64,000 nucleotides of DNA from Clostridia bacterium (GCA_017537245.1 JAFYLD010000031.1:742-64741); one strand, 5' to 3'. Positions 26,973-35,918 are shown, counted from the first letter of the stretch. Translations and numbers: made by a program. The notes: a model not told the origin generated them from the sequence alone.

Positions 26973-27266
26973 TTATTCAGCGTCAGCTGCTTCCTCTTCT
27001 TTCATTTTTGCAAAGCATTCGCTGCAATATACTGGACGATCATCACGTGGAGTAAATGGTACACGTGCTACGCCGCCACATGCTGCGCAAACAGCTTCGT
27101 GCATTTCACGGGGTGCCCTTCCTGCATTTTTACGCTTGTCGCGGCAGGGTTTGCATCTCTGCGGTTCATTTTCGAATCCTTTCTCTGCATAAAATTCTTG
27201 TTCTCTTGCAGTAAATACGAATTCTTCTCCGCATTCTTTGCAAACTAGGGTCTTGTCTTCAAACAT
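26973..27266 (-). CDS. small zinc-ribbon protein (two CxxC...CxxC modules)
   Basis: MFEDKTLVCKECGEEF...RCKPCR...VCAACGG...YCSECF with an acidic tail. ATG at 27266 with a GAGAGG SD. The track's upstream extension is rejected. Confidence 0.7.
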   Translation of the reverse strand: MFEDKTLVCKECGEEFVFTAREQEFYAEKGFENEPQRCKPCRDKRKNAGRAPREMHEAVCAACGGVARVPFTPRDDRPVYCSECFAKMKEEEAADAE

Positions 27267-27386
27267 CTTTTTTACCTCTCTTGATTTAGGATTAGCCCCG
27301 GACGGAATCGCACCGCCATCTTTGTGAAACACAACGCTCTGCTGATTAAACTACAAAGGGCATATATAAGCAGGAAACCTGCTTGA

Positions 27387-27938
27387 TTACTGTTTTATTT
27401 TGGATCGTATTCTACGAAGCGCATTATCGATAGATTTAGTAGAAACGCCAAGCGAAGTTGCTATGTCGGCATAACTCTTACCGCTTAAAAATTCGACTAG
27501 CACACTATATTCAAAATCAGATAAATCCTTCTTGATAGAGTGTTCTAAATCAGAAAAACTTTCTTTTTCAATAAGTATTGTTTCAGGGTCGCTTGTATCA
27601 GCAAGTTCAATATCATCGATAGGTGAAATCAATTCTTCTGGAATGTGTTTTGCATTACCTACCGCGCGAGATAGCGCCGTTGACATTGCCCTGTTTACAC
27701 AAAGACCGGCAAAAGTTTTAAAAGAAGCCTTGCTTGAGTCGTAAGTCTTAACCGCAGAAAAAATTGCCAAAACGCCTTCTTGAATAAAATCATCAGTGTC
27801 AAGACCACCGCCGTTAAAACGAGAAGCCACGCTAATTATATAAGGCATATAACGATTGATAAGCTGTTGCAAATATTTATACTCACCTTTGCTAATAAGC
27901 TCAACCAATTGATTATCGGACAAATTTTCTTGCATCAA
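27387..27938 (-). CDS. sigH: sigma-70 family sigma factor, SigH (Spo0H)-like
   Basis: 183 aa. FIQEG..A....V..YD......FK.FA..C..R, KHIP and SYADIA..LG.S.KSIDNALRRIR.K resemble B. subtilis SigH. The genomic context is not the canonical one. Confidence 0.55.
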   Translation of the reverse strand: MMQENLSDNQLVELISKGEYKYLQQLINRYMPYIISVASRFNGGGLDTDDFIQEGVLAIFSAVKTYDSSKASFKTFAGLCVNRAMSTALSRAVGNAKHIPEELISPIDDIELADTSDPETILIEKESFSDLEHSIKKDLSDFEYSVLVEFLSGKSYADIATSLGVSTKSIDNALRRIRSKIKQ

Positions 27939-28028
27939 AACTATATAATACTCCTACAATATTATAATAAATATACATTAATTATTAAATATTGTCAAGT
28001 ATTTTTATCATTTTTGACAAATTTGCAC

Positions 28029-28072
28029 AAAAAAATAACAGTATTCGAACAAAAATGACGAATACTGTTATT
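28029..28072 (-). terminator. intrinsic terminator after the transporter/yerC-like operon
   Basis: 14-bp stem AATAACAGTATTCG/CGAATACTGTTATT followed by a T-run on the minus strand. Confidence 0.8.
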
Positions 28073-28078
28073 TTAAGT

Positions 28079-28345
28079 TTATTTCACAAATTTTTTATAA
28101 CCTTGTCCGTATTGTACGCAACGCGAAACGCGACTTAGAGTCGCCGACGATATTTCGCACTCGCTCATCACTTGGTTATAGGTCTTACCCTCTTTTAAAA
28201 GCTTGGCGGCTTTTACACGCTGCGCCATTTGTTCTAGCTCTTTTGCAGTACACAAGTCCTCAAAAAGCATTGCGCAATCTTCGTGCGTTTCGAGCGATAA
28301 AATTAGTGAAAACAATTCGTTTATATCAAGGTTCTCAACTGCCAT
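28079..28345 (-). CDS. TrpR-like YerC/YecD family DNA-binding protein, second paralog
   Basis: 88 aa. ILSLETHEDCAMLFEDLCTAKELEQMAQRVKAAKLLKEGKTY...SSATLSRVSRCVQYG. Last gene of the amino-acid ABC transporter operon. Confidence 0.75.
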   Translation of the reverse strand: MAVENLDINELFSLILSLETHEDCAMLFEDLCTAKELEQMAQRVKAAKLLKEGKTYNQVMSECEISSATLSRVSRCVQYGQGYKKFVK

Positions 28346-28357
28346 ACCGCACCGCCT

Positions 28358-29116
28358 TTAGATTTTTTCTAGTGAGTTTTGCAAGAAATGACGTGTTTTA
28401 TCACTTTGTGGATTTTCAAAAATCTGCTCTGGTGTTCCCATTTCTTCAATAACACCGTCAGCCATAAAGATAATCTTGTCTGACACGTTTTTTGCAAATT
28501 CCATTTCGTGAGTTACTACGATCATTGTACTTCCCGACTCTTTAAGCCCCTTTATAACACGCAAAACCTCGCCCGTAAGTTCGGGGTCAAGCGCGCTGGT
28601 AGGCTCGTCAAAACAAAGAATATCAGGATTCATCGCAAGCGCGCGAGCTATTGCAACACGTTGTTGCTGACCGCCCGAAAGTTCACAAGGATAGTTACCA
28701 ATTTTTTCGGTAAGTCCTACCTTATCTATCAATGCGCGAGCATTTTGCTCAATTTCTTCTGTCGAACCTTTTTTAAGTAATTTAGGCGCTAGAGTTACGT
28801 TATCTAGCACGTTATACTGTGGAAAAAGATTAAACGACTGAAAAACAAGTCCAAAATGCAAACGGTTTTCGCGAATTTCGTTATCGGTTAAAGCCTTAGA
28901 ATTTTCACCGTCAAAAAGCACATTATCGCCAACACTAATTGTACCACTATCTGGTGTTTCTAAAAAGTTAAGGCAACGAAGAAGAGTGGTTTTACCACTA
29001 CCGGATGAACCGATTAAAGAAATTACTTCACCCTCGTTAAGTGAAAAACTAATGCCTTTTAAAACCTCGGTTTTTCCAAAGCTTTTTTTAATATTTTTAA
29101 CCTCTAATATAGCCAT
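28358..29116 (-). CDS. polar amino-acid ABC transporter, ATP-binding protein
   Basis: Walker [10 protein letters not shown], signature [15 protein letters not shown], Walker [13 protein letters not shown]. Confidence 0.9.
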   Translation of the reverse strand: MAILEVKNIKKSFGKTEVLKGISFSLNEGEVISLIGSSGSGKTTLLRCLNFLETPDSGTISVGDNVLFDGENSKALTDNEIRENRLHFGLVFQSFNLFPQYNVLDNVTLAPKLLKKGSTEEIEQNARALIDKVGLTEKIGNYPCELSGGQQQRVAIARALAMNPDILCFDEPTSALDPELTGEVLRVIKGLKESGSTMIVVTHEMEFAKNVSDKIIFMADGVIEEMGTPEQIFENPQSDKTRHFLQNSLEKI

Positions 29117-29127
29117 AGTTTCACCTC

Positions 29128-29823
29128 TTAAGACTTGAAGTAATCAAGTTTCTTTTCAACTCTACCCAATATTATTGTAAGTAGACCTACAAAAATTAGA
29201 TAGAACACGCCGGTAAAGAACAATGGCCAAATCAAAGCTTTGGTAGCAGCAAGCTCTTTTGCTTGCTTGATAATCTCGCATACCATAATACAGTTAGCAA
29301 GAGCGGTATCTTTGATTAGGGTTATAATTTCGTTAGACATTGGTGGCACTATGCGCTTTATAACCTGCTTTAGTATGATTTTTTTGAATATTTGTGACTT
29401 AGTAAGTCCCAAAACGTATCCTGCTTCATACTGTCCTTTTGAAATACTTTCAATACCACCACGATATATTTCAGAAAAATAGCACGCGTAGTTAATGGTA
29501 AATGCGATAAGTACGGCAAGAATTCTGCCGGCATCGGCAATGCCAAAATTTATAGATACGTAACGGTCTACGTGACTAAATAGCGGAAAATCGAACAAAA
29601 GTCCCGGTACGTAATAAATTATAAAAATTTGGAGCATTAGCGGTACACCGCGAACAATCCAAACAAATATCTTTGAAATGACTTTTAATGGTTTCCATCT
29701 GCTCATAGAACAAAACGCTATAGGCAAACCAAGCGGTGCGCCGCAAAGCAGCGTCACCGCAAAGATTAGTAAGGATACCATAAAGCCGTCCCACAAAAAG
29801 GATGTAACTTCTAAAAACGACAT
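29128..29823 (-). CDS. polar amino-acid ABC transporter permease
   Basis: 231 aa. HisM/GlnP-type permease with an EAA-like loop ([22 protein letters not shown]). Confidence 0.85.
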   Translation of the reverse strand: MSFLEVTSFLWDGFMVSLLIFAVTLLCGAPLGLPIAFCSMSRWKPLKVISKIFVWIVRGVPLMLQIFIIYYVPGLLFDFPLFSHVDRYVSINFGIADAGRILAVLIAFTINYACYFSEIYRGGIESISKGQYEAGYVLGLTKSQIFKKIILKQVIKRIVPPMSNEIITLIKDTALANCIMVCEIIKQAKELAATKALIWPLFFTGVFYLIFVGLLTIILGRVEKKLDYFKS

Positions 29824-29854
29824 TTATATTCTCCAGGTAGATTCAATTTTAAAA

Positions 29855-30634
29855 TTATTTCTGATCAGCAAAGTCTGTGATAGCTGTGTTTGAAACACCA
29901 TACTTTTCAGCAAGTGTAGCGATTGTACCATCAGCAGCTAGTTTTTCAAGTTCTGCATTTACTTGTGCAGTGAGTTCGCTACCCTTCTTGAAACCGATAG
30001 CATAATATTCTACCTCGCTTGAAAGATCTTCAACGATCATAAGATCTGCATAGTTGCCCTTACCTACGTATGATTTAGCAAGTTGAGCATCAAGAACTGC
30101 GAAATCAGCAGTACCTGAAACAACTTCTACAAGACAATCAGTTTGCTTTAAGAAGCCCTTGATTTCTGCGCCTTCAAACTCTTTACCATAAGTTTCACCA
30201 GCAGAACCGGTTTCGGCAGCACCAAACTTACCCTTTAAATCAGCAGCAGCCTTAATGCCTGAATTCTTCTTAACAACTACAACCTGACGATTTTCCATAT
30301 AGTTATATGAGAAGTCAACCTTATCAGCGCGAGCAACACCGTCATCATCAGCGGTATTTGCAGTAAAGCCATTCCATACACAGTCAATAGCGCCTGAATC
30401 TAGATCGGTGTATTTGCTACCCCAGTCAATTTCTTGGAACACAACTGTATAACCAAGGTTTTCAAAAACTGCCTCTGCAAGCTCTGTATCAAAGCCTACA
30501 AGATTGTTGTCTTCATCTAGATAGTTCATTGGTTCATAAATTGTGTAGCCAACAACTACTGTTTTTTCTTCGCCGCAACCTGCAAAGCAGAAGAGCATTG
30601 CAACTACCATAAGTAATGCGATAATCTTTTTCAT
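29855..30634 (-). CDS. amino-acid ABC transporter substrate-binding lipoprotein (family 3)
   Basis: Signal peptide plus lipobox (LFCFAGCG). GFD.EL....F..LG and DC.W.G motifs of polar amino-acid binding proteins. Confidence 0.85.
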   Translation of the reverse strand: MKKIIALLMVVAMLFCFAGCGEEKTVVVGYTIYEPMNYLDEDNNLVGFDTELAEAVFENLGYTVVFQEIDWGSKYTDLDSGAIDCVWNGFTANTADDDGVARADKVDFSYNYMENRQVVVVKKNSGIKAAADLKGKFGAAETGSAGETYGKEFEGAEIKGFLKQTDCLVEVVSGTADFAVLDAQLAKSYVGKGNYADLMIVEDLSSEVEYYAIGFKKGSELTAQVNAELEKLAADGTIATLAEKYGVSNTAITDFADQK

Positions 30635-30680
30635 AATTAAAATCTCCTTTTACCCGTTCGGGTTTTGTTTTGATGTTGTT

Positions 30681-30709
30681 ATTATACTTTACCAAACTAA
30701 AGTTGTAAA
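30681..30709 (-). promoter_or_regulatory. candidate promoter of the amino-acid transporter operon
   Basis: On the minus strand: TTTACA (30709-30704), 17 nt, TATAAT (30686-30681). Confidence 0.5.
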
Positions 30710-30745
30710 GTGTTTTTTGTTAAATTTTATCACTTTTGTACATTT

Positions 30746-30772
30746 GCACAAAAGAGTGAATAACTTTTGTGC
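30746..30772. promoter_or_regulatory. inverted repeat GCACAAAAG-N9-CTTTTGTGC upstream of the transporter promoter
   Basis: Perfect 9-bp arms, flanked by direct repeats of AAGTGATAA / ACAAAAGT on the minus strand. Confidence 0.35.
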
Positions 30773-30809
30773 ATTATCACTTTAATTCGCTGAAGAAATA
30801 AATTGTTCC

Positions 30810-31352
30810 CTACCTAGGAACAATAAACGGTATGCCAAAATAGTCGGTAAGTGATACAACAACGTTTGCGGCTATTGCCTCAATATTATCGCGTATCCAA
30901 AGCGCATCGTCATAATTATCGTGATAGGCAAACTCTATAAGCACACTTGGCGCGCGCGTGCGTCGCACCTCACCGAGAGCGGTAGTCGGCAACGCTTTAA
31001 CCAAATTGGGCAGCGGATATATTAGTTTTAAGTTATTAGAAATAATCTCGGCTGCGCGCGCACCATCAAGACTTGTCGGAAAATAATAAACTTCCGTGCC
31101 TCTACGGTCACCATCCCCACTACCCGTAGCATTAGAATGGAGTGCTAAATGTAAATCATAATTTCCCATATTTGACTGCGCAATAGACGATGCGGCGGTC
31201 ATACCAGGTGTGTTGCGCGTAAAAGAAATGCCGCTAGCATATAAATACGGCTCCATAGCGTCGGCAATAAGATTCATATAGTACTCTTCGTTTCCACCTA
31301 TTATATAAGGATTAAATTCCTGCGTTGACGGACTTAAATAAATACTTGGCAT
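30810..31352 (-). CDS. N-acetylmuramoyl-L-alanine amidase (Amidase_3 family)
   Basis: LALHSNA, GTEVYY and EFAYHDN motifs. No signal peptide. ATG at 31352 with a GGGGGAG SD is preferred. Confidence 0.75.
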   Translation of the reverse strand: MPSIYLSPSTQEFNPYIIGGNEEYYMNLIADAMEPYLYASGISFTRNTPGMTAASSIAQSNMGNYDLHLALHSNATGSGDGDRRGTEVYYFPTSLDGARAAEIISNNLKLIYPLPNLVKALPTTALGEVRRTRAPSVLIEFAYHDNYDDALWIRDNIEAIAANVVVSLTDYFGIPFIVPR

Positions 31353-31528
31353 AAAAACTCCCCCTTCCCACAAATTTATGCTTAAAATTCATATTTTATT
31401 AACAATAAATTCAAACCACTTTTTGCGAGCATTTAAGAGCATTTGGGCGAAAAATTAAGCAAATCAAAGTTTAACAAAAATTAGCATAAAATTCCTACCA
31501 AAAATTCTACATTTTTTGCAAAATTTAC

Positions 31529-31563
31529 TTGACTTTTTGGGCGTTTCGCCGTATCTTTATAAT
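31529..31563 (+). promoter_or_regulatory. possible promoter for the pot leader (weak geometry)
   Basis: TTGACT (31529-31534). TATAAT (31558-31563) is 23 nt away. The alternative -10, TATCTT (31552-31557), has a 17-nt spacing. Confidence 0.3.
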
Positions 31564-31599
31564 GTTAATATATGCATATAAATATTAATTTAACGCATC

Positions 31600-32046
31600 T
31601 GTGTAGAAAGACGGCCGGTACTAATGTGTGCCGTAGTTCACGTGTAGCGTAGAACTACGAAAAACCCTTTGTCAGGGCATACAAACAAACGGCTGGGGTG
31701 AGGCTGGCGAGTGTCAATACCGTCACGCCTGACAAATAGTAATTTTCTGCCCTACTTGTCTTATCGTTTGCAATACGACAGTATTGCTGCTCTCTTCAAC
31801 TTCGCAGGAACAAAAAATTCCTTATTTAGCAGGTCAAAGAGTTTCTCTCTGTCGCCTTTTTATGAAAGGCGACGCGTGAAATTTGCAGCAAGGCTATCGC
31901 CTTGCAAAAATAAATGCAAGCAAGGCAGGAAAAGGCGACGAGCGAAACCGTAATGGTATTGGCACTCGTCAGCCTCAGCGCAGGGTAAACGTAAAACTTT
32001 ACTACTGTCGACACTTGGGGTGTTTGACAAAGGGGGATGTGGTTAA
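31600..32046 (+). promoter_or_regulatory. long structured 5' leader / candidate cis-regulatory RNA upstream of potA
   Basis: No credible ORF. G+C is visibly above the flanking spacer. Has a 23-bp long-range helix (31699-31721/31955-31977), multiple hairpins, and a segment complementary to the potA SD. Confidence 0.5.
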
Positions 32047-33174
32047 ATGACCAAACAAAATATTATAGAACTAAAAGACATCTTCGTTTCTTTTGGCGAT
32101 GAAAAGGTACTTGACGGACTTAATCTCGATATTCGCGATAAAGAGTTTATCACTCTTCTTGGTCCTTCGGGTTGTGGTAAAACAACCACCTTGCGTATTA
32201 TTGCAGGCTTTTTAGACGCTGATAGTGGCGAGGTTGTTTTTGAAAGTAAAAATATAAATGGTGTGCCATCGTACAAGCGACAGGTTAACACCATTTTTCA
32301 GCGTTATGCGCTTTTTCCTCATCTTAACGTGTACGAAAACGTTGCATTTGGTCTTCGTGTTAAGAAGTTAAAGGAAAACGAAATAAAAGAGATAGTTACC
32401 GAGATGTTGCATCTTGTTAACCTAGACGGTTTTGAAAAGAGAAATATCTCTACCCTTTCCGGCGGTCAGCAGCAACGCGTTGCTATTGCTCGCGCTATTG
32501 CCAACAAGCCAAAGGTGTTGCTACTTGACGAGCCGCTTGCCGCTTTGGACCTAAAGCTTCGCAAAGATATGCAAAAAGAACTTCGTCGTATTCAGCGTCA
32601 GCTTGGTATAACCTTTGTATTCGTTACCCACGACCAAGAAGAAGCTCTTACAATGTCGGACCGCGTTGTTGTAATGAACAAGGGCAAAATTCAACAAATA
32701 GGTACTCCACAAGATATTTACAACGAGCCTGAAAACGCTTTTGTTGCCGACTTTATCGGCGAGTCAAATATTCTTGACGGTATTATGCGCGATGATTTTG
32801 TTGCGGAATTTTCGGGTCACGTGTTTGACTGCCTTGACAAAGGCTTTGACAAAAACGAAAACGTTGACGTTGTTGTTCGTCCTGAGGACGTTGATATTGT
32901 CGCTCCAGAAAAAGGCATGTTAAAAGGTGTTGTTACCTCTGTTGACTTTTTGGGCGTGCATTATGAAATCATCGTTGATATCGGCGGCTTTAAGTGGATG
33001 ATACAAACCACCGACGAGTGTTTTGTTGGTGATAACGTAGGTCTATTTATTGAGCCAGACGCTATTCACATTATGAAAAAATCAGAATATTCTGGTCTTT
33101 ATGGTGACTATAGTACATACAGCGAAGAGATGGAGCATCTTTCGGACGTAGAGTCGGAGGATGACGATGAATAA
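32047..33174 (+). CDS. potA: spermidine/putrescine ABC transporter ATP-binding protein
   Basis: Walker [34 protein letters not shown]-like C-terminal domain and an acidic tail. Confidence 0.9.
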   Translation: MTKQNIIELKDIFVSFGDEKVLDGLNLDIRDKEFITLLGPSGCGKTTTLRIIAGFLDADSGEVVFESKNINGVPSYKRQVNTIFQRYALFPHLNVYENVAFGLRVKKLKENEIKEIVTEMLHLVNLDGFEKRNISTLSGGQQQRVAIARAIANKPKVLLLDEPLAALDLKLRKDMQKELRRIQRQLGITFVFVTHDQEEALTMSDRVVVMNKGKIQQIGTPQDIYNEPENAFVADFIGESNILDGIMRDDFVAEFSGHVFDCLDKGFDKNENVDVVVRPEDVDIVAPEKGMLKGVVTSVDFLGVHYEIIVDIGGFKWMIQTTDECFVGDNVGLFIEPDAIHIMKKSEYSGLYGDYSTYSEEMEHLSDVESEDDDE

Positions 33175-33991
33175 AAAAAGTTTTGGTAGCCGTATAGTTG
33201 CGGCGCCCTATATAGTTTGGGCAGCAATTTTTATTATCGTACCACTCGTTATAGTTGCTTACTTTGCATTTACCGACGCAAACGGAGCGTTCGCGCTATC
33301 AAACTTTGCGCAAATCGGTAAATACAAAAAGGCGTTTGGACTATCTATTCTTTACGCCGTTATCGCTACGATAATAACCTTGTTTATCGCCTACCCTATG
33401 GCTTATTTTATGACCAAGCTTAAAATTAGTAATCAACGTATGATAATGATGCTCATTATGCTTCCTATGTGGATGAACTTCCTTATTCGTACCTATTCAT
33501 GGATTACAATTCTTGCAAACACCGGTCTTATAAATAAGTTTTTAACCTGGATAGGCATTGGACAAGTACAACTTATAAACACACCCGGCGCGGTTATACT
33601 TGGTATGGTTTACGACTTTATACCATATATGATTTTGCCAATTTATACCGCTATGTCAAAGATTGATAACTCGCTACTAGAGGCGGCAAGCGACCTTGGT
33701 TCTAACAGCTGGTCACGTATTCGCCGCGTTATTATGCCGTTATCACTACCGGGTGTTATATCGGGCATAACAATGGTATTTGTACCAAGTGTTAGTACCT
33801 TTTACATTTCTCAAAAACTCGGCGGCAACAAAGATATGCTTATTGGTGACGCTATTGAATACCTATTCAACACAGGCTCACAATACTATAACGTTGCGTC
33901 AACCTTGTCGTTAATACTTATGGTGCTAATACTTGTCTGCACCCTTATTATGAATCGCTTTAGCGATGACGAGGAGGCGGTTGTACTATGA
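33161..33991 (+). CDS. potB: spermidine/putrescine ABC transporter permease
   Basis: 6-TM permease with an EAASDLG EAA loop. The alternative ATG at 33167 is better spaced from the GGAGG SD. Confidence 0.85.
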   Translation: MTMNKKSFGSRIVAAPYIVWAAIFIIVPLVIVAYFAFTDANGAFALSNFAQIGKYKKAFGLSILYAVIATIITLFIAYPMAYFMTKLKISNQRMIMMLIMLPMWMNFLIRTYSWITILANTGLINKFLTWIGIGQVQLINTPGAVILGMVYDFIPYMILPIYTAMSKIDNSLLEAASDLGSNSWSRIRRVIMPLSLPGVISGITMVFVPSVSTFYISQKLGGNKDMLIGDAIEYLFNTGSQYYNVASTLSLILMVLILVCTLIMNRFSDDEEAVVL

Positions 33992-34791
33992 AAACACTCT
34001 CTCGTATATATATCGCTTTAATTCTTTTGTTCCTTTACGCGCCTGTTGCGGTTATGATTGTTTTTTCATTTAACTCGGGCGGTAGCGTATGGGTGTTTGA
34101 AGGTTTTTCGCTTGATTGGTACAAGGGTCTTGCTACCAACTCGTCAATGCTTACTGCGCTTCAGCATACATTGATAGTAGCTGTGTTATCGGCAATTATA
34201 TCTACCGTTATGGGTACTGCGGCGTCGGTTGGTATTTTGGCGCTTCGCAAAAAGTTTACCCGCAGAGCAGTAATGTCGGCTACAAATATTCCTATGATGA
34301 ACGCAGATATAGTAACGGGCGTATCGCTTATGCTTTTGTTCGTGTTCGTTGGTAGTTTGTTTGGTCTTAAAGAGTCGCTCGGTTTCTTTACCGTACTTGC
34401 CGCTCACATTACTTTTAACCTGCCTTACGTTATTTTATCGGTTCTTCCTAGACTTCGCGCTACCGATATGAGTCTAAACGAGGCGGCGCTCGACCTTGGT
34501 TGCACACCTGTTAAGGCATTTTTTAAGGTTATTTTACCTTCTATTTCTACCTCGATTTTCACAGGCGCTATAATGGCGTTTACATTGTCGCTAGATGACT
34601 TTGTTATTAGCTATTTTACTTGCGGTCATTATCAGACGTTACCTATCGTAATTTACAATATGACCAAAAAGACGGTATCGCCTGACGTTTATGCCCTTTC
34701 AACAATTATATTCCTTGCGGTGTTTGTATTGCTTATACTTTACAACACCCTTCAAAGCAAGGCAGATTTAAGGAGGGGTATTCGTGCTTAA
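33988..34791 (+). CDS. potC: spermidine/putrescine ABC transporter permease
   Basis: 6-TM permease with an EAALDLG EAA loop. Start overlaps the potB stop. Confidence 0.85.
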   Translation: MKTLSRIYIALILLFLYAPVAVMIVFSFNSGGSVWVFEGFSLDWYKGLATNSSMLTALQHTLIVAVLSAIISTVMGTAASVGILALRKKFTRRAVMSATNIPMMNADIVTGVSLMLLFVFVGSLFGLKESLGFFTVLAAHITFNLPYVILSVLPRLRATDMSLNEAALDLGCTPVKAFFKVILPSISTSIFTGAIMAFTLSLDDFVISYFTCGHYQTLPIVIYNMTKKTVSPDVYALSTIIFLAVFVLLILYNTLQSKADLRRGIRA

Positions 34792-35887
34792 AAAAATATT
34801 TGCAGTATTGCTTTGCCTTACTCTTAGTATTTCACTTTGCGGTTGTGGTTACGAGTATTTTAACCCCGAGCTTGAAGCTAGCTACACAAGTGATTTAGCC
34901 GGCACCGAGCTTAACGTTTATAACTGGGGCGAATACATATCCGACGGCAGCGACGGTTGTATGGACGTTAACCGTGAGTTCGAACGCATTACGGGTATTA
35001 AGGTCAACTACACCACCTTTGAAAGTAATGAAACAATGTATTCCCAGCTTGATAACGGTGGCGTAAGCTACGATATTATCATTCCTTCTGAATATATGAT
35101 AGAGCGTCTTATGTCAGAAAATATGCTCGAAAAGATTGATATTTCAAAGCTTTCTAACTACAAGTACGTTGACACAAGTTATTTTAACCCCGACACAACC
35201 GGTCTTGTTGAAGGCTACGCTATTCCTTACAATGTAGGTATGGTTGGTATTATCTACAATAGCGCGCTTATTGACGAGCCAGAGCATTCGTGGACAGCTT
35301 TGTGGGATGAAAAGTACCGCAATATGTCGCTAAACTTTAATAATCCTCGTGATGGTTTTATGACCGCGCAAATGATTAAGGGTTATAGTGTTAACTCTAC
35401 AAATCTTGCAGAGTGGAACGACGCTTGCGAACTTTTAAAGAGTGGTAAAGACGTTTTGCAGTCCTACGTAATGGACGAAATCTACGGCAAGCTTGAAACC
35501 GGTGAGGCCGCTATTGGTCCTTATTACGCGGGCGACTATCTTGTAATGCAAGAGGTTAACCCCGATCTTAAGTTCTTCTACCCAGAAGAAGGCACAAACA
35601 TTTTTATTGACGCAATTTGTATTCCAAAGTGTGTTAAAAACTATGAGGCGGCGCTACTTTATATCAACTTCCTTTTAGAGCCTGAAATTGCTCTTGCAAA
35701 CGCTGAATATATTGGTTATGCTTCTCCTCACACCGCAGTAATAAATAATCCAGATTATTGCTATTACCAAAACGAAATTCTCTATCCAAAGAAAGAAGAT
35801 ATGCCCAAGGTAGAATATTATCGCAATATTCCCGAAGAGGTGCGTATGCACTACGAAAATCTTTGGCTAGATTTAAAACTTTACTAA
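34784..35887 (+). CDS. potD: spermidine/putrescine-binding lipoprotein
   Basis: Lipobox LSISLCGCG and PotD/PotF-family similarity. GTG start with an AGGAGG SD. Confidence 0.85.
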   Translation: MLKKIFAVLLCLTLSISLCGCGYEYFNPELEASYTSDLAGTELNVYNWGEYISDGSDGCMDVNREFERITGIKVNYTTFESNETMYSQLDNGGVSYDIIIPSEYMIERLMSENMLEKIDISKLSNYKYVDTSYFNPDTTGLVEGYAIPYNVGMVGIIYNSALIDEPEHSWTALWDEKYRNMSLNFNNPRDGFMTAQMIKGYSVNSTNLAEWNDACELLKSGKDVLQSYVMDEIYGKLETGEAAIGPYYAGDYLVMQEVNPDLKFFYPEEGTNIFIDAICIPKCVKNYEAALLYINFLLEPEIALANAEYIGYASPHTAVINNPDYCYYQNEILYPKKEDMPKVEYYRNIPEEVRMHYENLWLDLKLY

Positions 35888-35891
35888 AGAT

Positions 35892-35918
35892 AAAACCCCG
35901 TTTTTTACGGGGTTTTAT
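35892..35918 (+). terminator. intrinsic terminator after potD
   Basis: Stem AAAACCCCG/CGGGGTTTT with a T-rich loop and tail. Confidence 0.8.

Noticed and set aside
26956-27248. Two overlapping plus-strand ORFs (78 and 93 aa)
   Set aside because: They are antisense to the zinc-ribbon gene and open only because of the local G+C richness. The minus-strand frame has clear CxxC motifs, an SD and a terminator.
31711-31953. 80-codon plus-strand ORF inside the pot leader (MSIPSRLTNS...KRRRAKP)
   Set aside because: It initiates at GTG with no Shine-Dalgarno. Its composition is low-complexity and basic. It lies entirely within the paired segments of the predicted RNA structure, and no protein family is recognisable. 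It is more likely a chance frame in G+C-richer RNA-coding DNA.
31600-32046. Identification of the pot leader as a known RNA (RNase P, tmRNA, T-box, 6S, cobalamin/lysine/glmS riboswitch, group II intron domain V, ydaO)
   Set aside because: I could not find the hallmark strings on either strand: GAGGAAAGUCC for RNase P, the T-box GGUGGUACCGCG, a tRNA-like 3' end for tmRNA, or the B12 box. Only two 7-nt resemblances to ydaO were seen, which is insufficient. This needs a covariance-model search, so it stays unassigned rather than named.
32047-33174. Acidic C-terminal tail of PotA (..[17 protein letters not shown]) as a special regulatory module
   Set aside because: It is a short low-complexity extension overlapping the potB start region. 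There is no motif or structural evidence, so it is not reported as a finding.
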